Shown here in pieces: positions 55,063 to 64,000 of a stretch of 64,000 nucleotides of DNA; position 1 is the first letter of the stretch; each line of letters opens with the position of its first letter. The notes below the pieces were generated by a model, which did not search any database, had not been told where the DNA came from, and worked only from the letters and a program-made list of their open reading frames with translations. Source of the stretch: Bugula neritina (Eukaryota; Animalia; Bryozoa); NCBI GenBank assembly GCA_964035545.1, contig OZ037765.1:12596698-12660697 (forward strand). Reading direction: 5' to 3'. The translations under genes and the position numbers were made by a program.

Positions 55063-56229
55063 TACATAGAGCTTGGGTCTTTAACATATGTAAATATAAT
55101 ATTACAGCAGAATTTTATTAGCTCTTTGAGTAACATATTCTAAACACTGGTTTATAATCTATATATATAAAACACTATTTTAAATTATTTGTCTAAATAA
55201 TTCAAACACCTTTTTCAAAAACCTTTTTGTTTTTACTTTTTACGATTGACAATCACGGTCAATTACAATGTATTTAATTGTTTTACAACAGAAAAAAGTT
55301 AGTTTTGCTCAAACAAGTATACTCGGCCAATATGTCCAAAAGCAATAAATTTTAAATTCCAAGTATTTTCATAATTTTGGAAGAAATTAGAATGAACTTC
55401 AGCTCAATAAAAAAATATTGTAAACCTATAGAAATTGGTATAATAAAAATAATTATCCATGAACAACTAAAACTTTAAATAGCAAAAAATATCATTACAT
55501 TGGTGTTGATTAAAATTATTCATGTCATTTTCTAACCGTGATAAAAGTACAAATATCAAGCCTATAAAAGTTCTATAACTCATGAATGATGCTGCCCCTT
55601 CCCCTCCGGTGCTCATGATCAATGTTAGGTACCATAAGAAATCTTTCAGCGCAAACATTTAGCTAAAATCTTGGAGAGCAAGAGCTTATATAATATATTT
55701 GATAGCTCTTACCAAGATTTCAAAAGATGGACTTATATTTAAAATGTTTAACAAAAATATTTCCAAAGATTTAACATTCAAGCATTCAAATTGATTATGC
55801 AAGCTCATTCATTCTAAATTCCAGTGATGCATGCTCAAAGAAAATTCAATTCAATTTAAGAATGTTTCAAGATGTACCAGAGTTTTATCTTACAATCTGC
55901 TTAATTTGATTACAAAACCAAAGCAAAAATATAATGCAATCTGCTGAAAACTTGAATAGCTTGCAAGGGTAAACTGAGTGCTGTGAGTACAGTGAATTTG
56001 CAAAAAACTTTTTCTTTCTCTGTTGACCTGATACAACTTATAAACATATTGAACACCTGAACACAAGTCATATTCTAAAACACATTTAAAAATATTTGTC
56101 AATTTTTAATTAAATAAACAAAATATTTGAAAAAAATTTCAATTTCTAATGCCTTGTAAACCTAAAAATATAATTTAAGAACTCCTAGACTAACTTACAA
56201 ATTGAAAACATGTAGTCATTTAGTTTTCC

Positions 56230-57620
56230 ACAGTGACACTGATAATCATAATAAATAACTATTAGTACCTATTACAGTTAGCATATTTATAATACAAAAA
56301 TGAAAAATGATGATAAATTGATAATAATTATTACTTACATTTATAAATAAAGAATTTATAATTATAAGATTATGCATAATCATAATGATGTTTTTGCTAT
56401 TTAAGATAACTGAATATACAACATTATTTATTATTATCACTGCCTATGATTTTTGTGAAAACATGAACACTCTAATAATAATATTGACAGCTAGGGCTAG
56501 AAGTATGACTAAGACTATTACTGTGAGTCATAATTTCAAAAAATTATTTTTATTTTAAATATTTATGATTCTTGCTCACACTATGATTAACATTATGTTT
56601 AACTTTATGACTAGAAAATAAGTAAGGCTAAGAGTAAGTGATTCAGATTGTAATGATATTTCAATAATAGAATTCATATTAAAGATTAGTATTATGATTA
56701 ATTTTCAGCATCAGTACCAGTATGTAGTGTAGCATTTACCAATAAACTTCAAATTTAATTTTAGCCCTGATCTTCATCTTAAACATAAACTTAAAGTTAC
56801 ACTTTGTCTAACATTTACAATATCAACTAACCTATTATGATTAAATGTTTATCATTATGATTGTGATTCATCATAATGATAATGCTACGACTGAGTACGA
56901 GTACGCCTACCGTTAATCATAATGTAACACTAACAGTAACTGTTACTGTTACTGTTAGACTTAGTGTTACTGCTAATCTTGACACATTTTGATTTTTATT
57001 TATAGTGATACTAATACGTAATTTGTTAATATAAGTAACACTAAGCGTAAAACTAAAAGTTAGAGTTAGACGTACCTTTGAAGTTTGGCTTTGAGTTTGG
57101 GTTTTGAGTTTGAATTTTGAGTTTCACTTTCAGTTCCAGTTTGTCTTGGCGATAAATTTAAACCTATAACACAAAGATACCAAAAATAACGTACTCTCAG
57201 TAATAATTATTGCTTAAATCCTTCCTCAATTAGATATCTGACTGATATTTTCTTTCGGCATCGCATCCATCTAACTCCATACAGATTGAGTTACCTATAC
57301 TGATACTCCATAGCCGTCAGAATGAAATATCCCAGCAACAACAGTACACTTGAATATTGGATCCATATGTGTGTGACAAATGGAATTCAATAAGAAATTA
57401 GCTGCGCTCTTATTGATATGTAAGCCAATCAAAATTATCAAGCGCTCAGATGTTGCATCATCCATACAGATAAATTATTCAATATTAAAATATCAACTAT
57501 GAATGCATCGAGTAATTGATGAAATGTTATAATCATATCAATTATCAATTATAATATAATCTATACATCAGTATAATATATTATGCACTCATAGTATAAT
57601 AGCTGAGGCCACGTAGCATG
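56230..57620. promoter_or_regulatory. AT-rich hexamer-periodic island; probable GPCPD1 promoter and first exon
   Basis: Runs such as gtaaca-ctaaca-gtaact-gttact-gttact and tttgag-tttggg-...-tttcac-tttcag-ttccag. Candidate minus-strand donor AAG|gtacgt at about 57075. Confidence 0.45.
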
Positions 57621-57844
57621 CAGATACGTCGCATAGAACTGCAGCTCAATGTTATAACTTATAAGCCATTACATACTAATATTAGAGAGATAAATCTAGG
57701 CAGCAGTCAGTCACTTTTAGTTTTATTGACACGCACGCACACGCACACATGTTTTGATTTTTGTGCAACTTTGAAAAAAGTCAAATTTCACCAAGTTTCC
57801 AAAAATCTAAGCAAATATGTTATGCAAAGTTGATATGATTCAAA

Positions 57845-58371
57845 GGTTTCATCCCAGAGAGACGCTTCCCAGTTAGATGCTAGGCAAAATTTCCCACTTA
57901 GACGCTTCCCACTTGAATGCTTCTCAGTTAGACACTGTTTTTTATTTTGTTGCAATTACATCTATGTAGTAACATACCTATATAAATGTTGCATTGATTA
58001 CTAAATAGCTATAGCTAATAGCTATAGTAGCTGATATAAAATATCTGGGATAATATTCCAATTTTCATGGATATGTGCATGTATGGAAAAAACGCAGTAA
58101 TGCATTCATAACAGATATGATCTTTAATGAATACTTATTACCAAAATATCTTTTCAAACAACAAAAAGTATAGAAAGTACGTGCAAAATTAAAAAGCTAA
58201 TGCAGATCCAAGGAATTTATAATTTATGTGCTAAATAACAAGCAATTGATCCAAGTTTATTTAAATATACATATATTTCAATAACATTCAAATAAGTTGC
58301 ACATAGAATATATATTGTACCAAAATAAATAAATAACTTCTAACTGGGAAGTGTTTATCTGGGATGACACC
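57845..58371. mobile_element. MITE (527 bp) with 32-bp TIRs and 15-bp subterminal repeats
   Basis: Left end ggtttcatcccagagagacgcttcccagttag versus the reverse complement of the right end ggtgtcatcccagataaacacttcccagttag. Internal gacgcttcccacttA-type repeats; flanks gattcaaa/agttcaaa are a possible decayed 8-bp TSD. Confidence 0.82.
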
Positions 58372-60817
58372 AGTTCAAAATGGTGCAGAAAATTAATGAA
58401 TAATTTCTAGCTTACTTCCTTAAATTAACTTACAGTTCTTCTTATTTCTTTTTAACCATGACACCTAAAGTAACTTTGTTACTGCATCATTTTACTTTAA
58501 TATACAAAAGTATATTAAATTAGTGTAAAGTGTAATACAAAAGTGTAAATTTTGAAATCAGAAAGTTGTGTTCTGTGTTAGTTATGATAGACAAGTTGCT
58601 CTATATCTATTTTAACAAAATTATATTTTTGCTTTCACATCTTTTAAAATAATTTCCTGCCCAATTTGCCATCAGTGCTGCTGAAGTTTAATTCTAAAAT
58701 CTAATAGGCTTGCCAGAAGCATTAATAACTATTCATTGACAGAAGTCATTTTAAACCTTCTAAATTTTACATAATCATGCATATTAATCAAGCAATTAAT
58801 CTGTGCATATAATGAAAATTTACATATATTCTACTGCAAAAAGTTGTGCTGCTTAAATATTGAATTTTAAAAGTTTCTTTTATAATTACGTTTATTAAAT
58901 AAATGCCACCAGCACTCAATAAAAATGTTCTGAAGACACAGTTTCCATCATTGGTTCCCACATTTTAGGACTAGGGCCTAGACCACATGCCATAAGGACT
59001 TACCACCTACCTACCTACAAACTCTAGTTACCACATGCTAGTGTATATGTCAACCTAGATATCATGGAGTCTTGCATACTAGGAGAACTTGCTTGCTATA
59101 GTTTTATAACACCTTTGCCAAGTTTTATGAAGTAGGTACAGTAATGGAGAAATTGAGAAAAGCTTGTGCTCTAAATAAAAAATGTAAGGAAACGAGTTAT
59201 GCTCTCACCAGAATTTCAACCCTACCCCAAACCAGAACTTATTAAGAAAACTACAGAACCTATGCTATAAAAACTTCTCCATGCCTAAATGAGTATGCAC
59301 AAGCTGGAGATTAGTTGGTACATATTACAGCATTTCAGTGCTTCCATAACTCCCCTCTCCTTTGCTCATATACTATAAGGAGCACTAGTCATCTGTGCAT
59401 ATCATGGCGCGAGCTTTTTCTGTATCACAGACAATTGATCTACCAACAGTTTCTATTGTCACAACAACATGGTTCACGCAAGAATTGTGTGCATTGTACA
59501 GAATTTAATGAAGACGTGAAAATGATCAGAAAAAGAGAAGAAAGGAGAATAGAAAGCAACATAAAAAGACCATTATTTTTTACTACATATATAAACTGAA
59601 GTATGCTAATATTTGTAACAAAATTACAGTTACTATAATACTACTCAGCAAATACACAGTCATAGATCATTAGGCTACATTAATGATATAGTAAAGTTTT
59701 TTAACAAGACTTAAAATGTCACGAGCTTGTTTTGAGAAAAATGAAGACAAGATAGGATTTTAGAGGAGATTGAAATCAGATAATAATTGGTGGGTAATTC
59801 TTCATTGTAGCCACTTGACTACCCTCTTTAGCCTAATCAAAGCAGACTCTTGCTAGAGATCAGTGGGCAATAATAGTATTGAAATGTAATGCCAATTGAC
59901 AGAATAATTTTTTTAGCTAGGCTGGGGCCCCTTCATATGCTGGAAGTGACAAGTTTGATTTTAAGGGGGGGGGGGGGTAGTAATAACTAAGCCAACACTA
60001 TTTAGGAAGCACAACTTTCACCAGGAATTCGGTTTTGAAATATTTGCAGGGTGTTTCTGATTAAAAACTATTACATAAAATTGGAGACACCACAAGCCTA
60101 ATTATTGTAGAATGGAGGTTGATAGCAATGATCAACACTGCACACAAGAGAACATAACTCCTGCTACCCAAACAGGACAGCGTGGAGAAATGCGAGAATA
60201 GGATGAGAGAACATAACTCCCAAGAAGATTTACTAGAATAACTTCACTAAATAGCCTTCTTAAAAAGTTATTCTCCAACACTCCGAACAAAAAATAAAAT
60301 ATTTGTTTCAACAACTTTCACAGTCAGTATCTACCACACAACATGCATCAACAAAATAAAAATTCTAAGTTATTTACTTAACACAAGATAGCAGGAGAAT
60401 ATTAAATTAAGTTGAACCCTCAAAAAAGCTATTAGTATTTTAGCAGCAGAAGTTCCAAGAGATGATTCTAGCATAAAACAATCGCCAGCTGCGCTCAACA
60501 GAGCTAAAAATTATAAACTCAAACTAAGCAAAATTCTACATATTCGTACCTAAAGTATATTACTTGAAAGTAAATTGTTCATCCATGCAGTTTTGTAATT
60601 AACTTGGAAACCCTGAATTTCCTAGATAGCATGAGTAGCAAAATTAATGAAGTCATCCAAAGAAAAAATTTAAGTAAAACCGCTCAATTGCATTAGCTTT
60701 CACGGCTAAGTGCTATTGCTAAATAACGTAATCTTGATCAAAGATGTAGATATCAATTTAGGAGTTATAATAATTCATTTAACATTTAATTTATGTTTAC
60801 TAAAGAGTAAGGGGTTT

Positions 60818-61033
60818 GGGAGCAGCCGTGGTCCAGGTGTTGGAGTGTTTGCCTAGTAAGCACGAAGTTATGGGTTTGAGCCCTGACAAAGGCCATTGGT
60901 GATGTTAGGAAGAGCATCCAGTCATAATTGCTCCTGTGCCCCCATTTGAATAAGTCCTTAGCGCGATTTAACAAAAACCCTTCCATCAGGGATTTTCTCA
61001 CAGAGATGGCGACTATAAACTTGCATGAGTTTT
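60818..61033 (+). mobile_element. tRNA-derived SINE copy (well preserved)
   Basis: gggagcagccgtggtccaggtgttggagtg...gggtttgagccc head, followed by the family core and tail. Confidence 0.9.
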
Positions 61034-61691
61034 AAAGGGAATGGGGCTAATGATAGAAAGTTGCTCCTATTTGGTTAAACTATTGTTTGTAAGAAAAGAT
61101 AACAGCTTCTCGTAGCTTCACATTGTTTGTTCAATATTACTTAGTTGAACAGGTAGCATATCTAATAAGAATTCCAATACACCCATTCAAAGTTTAACCC
61201 AGCAAGATAAAATATGAATGTGTTTATCAGGCATGGCACCAGTTTGCAATGTGCACGTCTGATGTAATAAGGCTGAGCATCACTGGGAAGGTGTAAAATT
61301 GTTATAGGGTGATGACTCTTAAACCAAAAACCAAAACTGATCAATTTAAAATTTTTGAATGAGAGTGTAAATGTCTTCCTATTGAACATTTTAAACCATT
61401 AGTTGAAATTTAGGCCTGATACACTAAAACAGAAATATGGTAAAAGTGATAAATTCTAGCATTTGAGATTGTACTGGCAACACCATTTATTTAATATATT
61501 TTACAACTTTTATGTCAATAAGCAATTGATTGTGGCACCAATGAAATTAAACAAAATTAAATGGTAGGAATACATCAGTACTACAATATCAGTAATTATA
61601 AACAAAAACTTAGACATAGTATACACATAGTTGGCAGTTAGCATAAGTTACAAAATATGTATGTTTTTACATGCATTTCTTTTAGCATTTC

Positions 61692-61810
<119 letters not shown>

Positions 61811-61984
61811 ATCTGTGGACAGCATATATATTAAAAACGCTAACATATTTATTTTTTATTTATTTATAAAAAGAAAATATTTAATAGAAGTAATAAACTT
61901 TAAATAAAATACAAACTATGCTACAATTTGAAAATCTATGAGAATTTTTGGCATATCTACAAAAAACCTTTAAAGCTAGTCCCA

Positions 61985-64000
61985 CTACACTTTTGTGTAT
62001 GCCAGCTCTTTTTCTTGCAATACAACTTTCATCTTCTTTCGGCTAAAAAATATTTATAAAAAGTAAGTGACATGTAGTGAGTTATGTGATAAGCCTATTG
62101 AGTTATTCTTTAACAAGTAAATGCTGCTATAAATGCAATCATAAGGTTTGTGATACATCCTCAATAAGTTTGTGTGACTGTTATGTGAGATTAGGAGAAA
62201 TGATCAGATTTTACTACAGAGCAGCAGTGGTTCAAAGGTTAAAGTGAAGGTTAAGCATGACAAATTTGTTCTAGGTCATGGGTTTAAATCTCAGCGGAGT
62301 CATTGATGGATAATGGCAAGAAGAGCATCTGATCATAACTACTCCTGTACCACAACAAAGTTCCCAAAACTGCATTACCAATGTAGTGAAAGGCGTGGCC
62401 CTTAACCCACACTATAAACTTGTGCTATAAGAATTGTGGCTATATCAAATAAGATATGAAAATCTAGTATTGTTTACCTATATGACGTGCTCAGAGCAAT
62501 AACTATTAGACCAATTATTATGAGTACCCCAACTCCAATGGCAAACAAAATATACCAGTTCTGTTCATACCATGAAGGCTCCTGCAATGCAAAAGCATAG
62601 GTTGCAAATTTTAAGTTGTTATAGCAATGCAAAAAAGGGAATTAAAATCTGCTTGGTTAATTTAAATACTTAAGCATGCTTGACTTAAAAAATAGATGAA
62701 AATACATACAGTAGAAGTTATAAGTAACCCAAATAATGCACAAAAATAAAAAGAAGCATATGCATATCTAAACTGGGTGCAGTGTGAGAAAACAGGCGAA
62801 AATACAAGCAATATAGGCTACTTGCATCAACCTACCTGGTCTTGTTTATAGGCAGAGTTTTGTGGGCTAGACTGAACCATCTCACCAATAAATAGCTCAT
62901 TCTTTTCGTTAATAAATTTTCCTATTTCGTTTTTATCATCAGCCTCATTCATTTTCTTAACAAGTTCCTCTCTTTCTTCAGGTGATGTATTCTCAGTTAC
63001 AGCTTGCAATCTTAGCACAGTGACGTGTTTATCACTGCAAAAATATATGCATGTAAGTATTAATCCAACTTAGCTGCCTACTCACTGTAAATCTGTTTGA
63101 TGAAAAGTGTAATTTAAAATAAGGAAAACAACATTTGGTAAAACAATGAAGACATAACTTGTAATGACTTTTTAATACTTTTTAGTGAGATAGTATTTTA
63201 CCAAATGCTCGATTACATAATGAGACTGCCTGCTAACTGACAGGGGAGTTGATGTTGAGTTGAAAAATACAACATGCTCAGACACATGTAAGTTATGTTA
63301 TGCAAGCAAGAAAGAGCTAGCAAACATGGAGTATGCCAGAGAAAATGGGCTAGAGAAGGAAAGCTTTGACGAAGAGAAAGACGCTTTTGATATGCAGCAT
63401 CATCATAGGTGCATACAAAACATAATGGAATCTTCAGGAGGAATAAAACACATAACTAAGGATTATAGCCAGACCCAAACCTATGCATTGATGAAATAAG
63501 CTTAATGTTGTTACAGCTAGGAATTAATTCATCATCAATACCTGTTCTTATCTTTCATGTCTTCAATATCCATGATTTTCAGCCCCGTGACTTGTGGGTA
63601 CATTGCTTTTAAGAAGCCAGCTAACTTTAACTTTACCTTTTCTAATTCACTTTCTTTTACAAAGCCCATGAAAGCCACTTTCATGTTGATGTTAGCTTCA
63701 CCATCTTTAGTCAGCTCAATTTGTACTGCAAAAAGATCACTTGAGTTACTTTAAAAATTCACCACATAATCAATATTGGCCTATTTTTTGGGTTAGTAAG
63801 CTTATTGAAATAAATAATTCCTCTTACTGGCTGATTTCCAGTTATCTGTTGGCGTGGTTCTAGTTGGTTTAGCTGTAGTTGGCAAAGCTGTAGTTGGCGC
63901 AGCTGTAGTTGGTGCAGCTGTAGTTTTCGCAGCTGTAGTTGGTGTAGTTGTAGTTGACGCAGCTGTAGTTGGTGCAGCTGTGGTTGGTTTAGGTGTGGTA
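61985..64000 (-). CDS. Mucin-like type I membrane protein, 3' part (PTTAA repeats, SEA-like domain, TM, short tail ending YTKV)
   Basis: Exons >64000-63828, 63725-63542, 63034-62836, 62581-62478, 62042-61985; phases consistent. 15-bp coding repeat (CCAACTACAGCTGCR); TM WYILFAIGVGVLIIIGLIVIALS; tail SRKKMKVVLQEKELAYTKV*. Confidence 0.88.
62219..62425 (+). mobile_element. Diverged SINE of a related subfamily in the last intron of the mucin-like gene
   Basis: Head gagcagcagtggttc...gtcatgggtttaaatc; core aagagcatctgatcataactactcctgt; end actataaacttg; different middle section. Confidence 0.65.

Noticed and set aside
60140-60225. 14-bp direct repeat gagaacataactcc in a slightly GC-richer patch
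   Set aside because: Only two copies, with no TIR, supported ORF or splice structure to interpret.
60818-60895. tRNA gene
   Set aside because: The A/B-box-like head cannot be folded into a full cloverleaf and continues into a shared SINE body.

Overview
AT-rich, intron-dense animal (invertebrate-like) nuclear DNA with standard genetic code and GT-AG introns. Eight protein genes were reconstructed by hand. In order: V-ATPase V0 subunit a (-, 5' part only), neutral ceramidase (+, 12 exons), geminin (+, 6 small exons, missed by the ORF track), an orphan 189-aa gene with a possible KCTD-C-terminal/GFRP-like fold (-), an SLC22 transporter (-, 9 exons), eRF3/GSPT (+, 12 exons), GPCPD1/GDE5 (-, about 14 exons) and the 3' part of a mucin-like type I membrane protein (-). 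Repeats include six copies of a tRNA-headed SINE, several MITEs (Kolobok-like, hAT-like, TA-flanked), a 24-bp minisatellite and microsatellites. Two patterns are unexplained. (i) All four promoter regions carry 1-2.5 kb islands of very AT-rich, cryptically 6-bp-periodic DNA around a CpG-richer core. (ii) Six genes have a splice acceptor 3-48 nt upstream of the ATG, which fits either 5'UTR introns or spliced-leader trans-splicing. Coordinates were read manually and may be off by a few bases.
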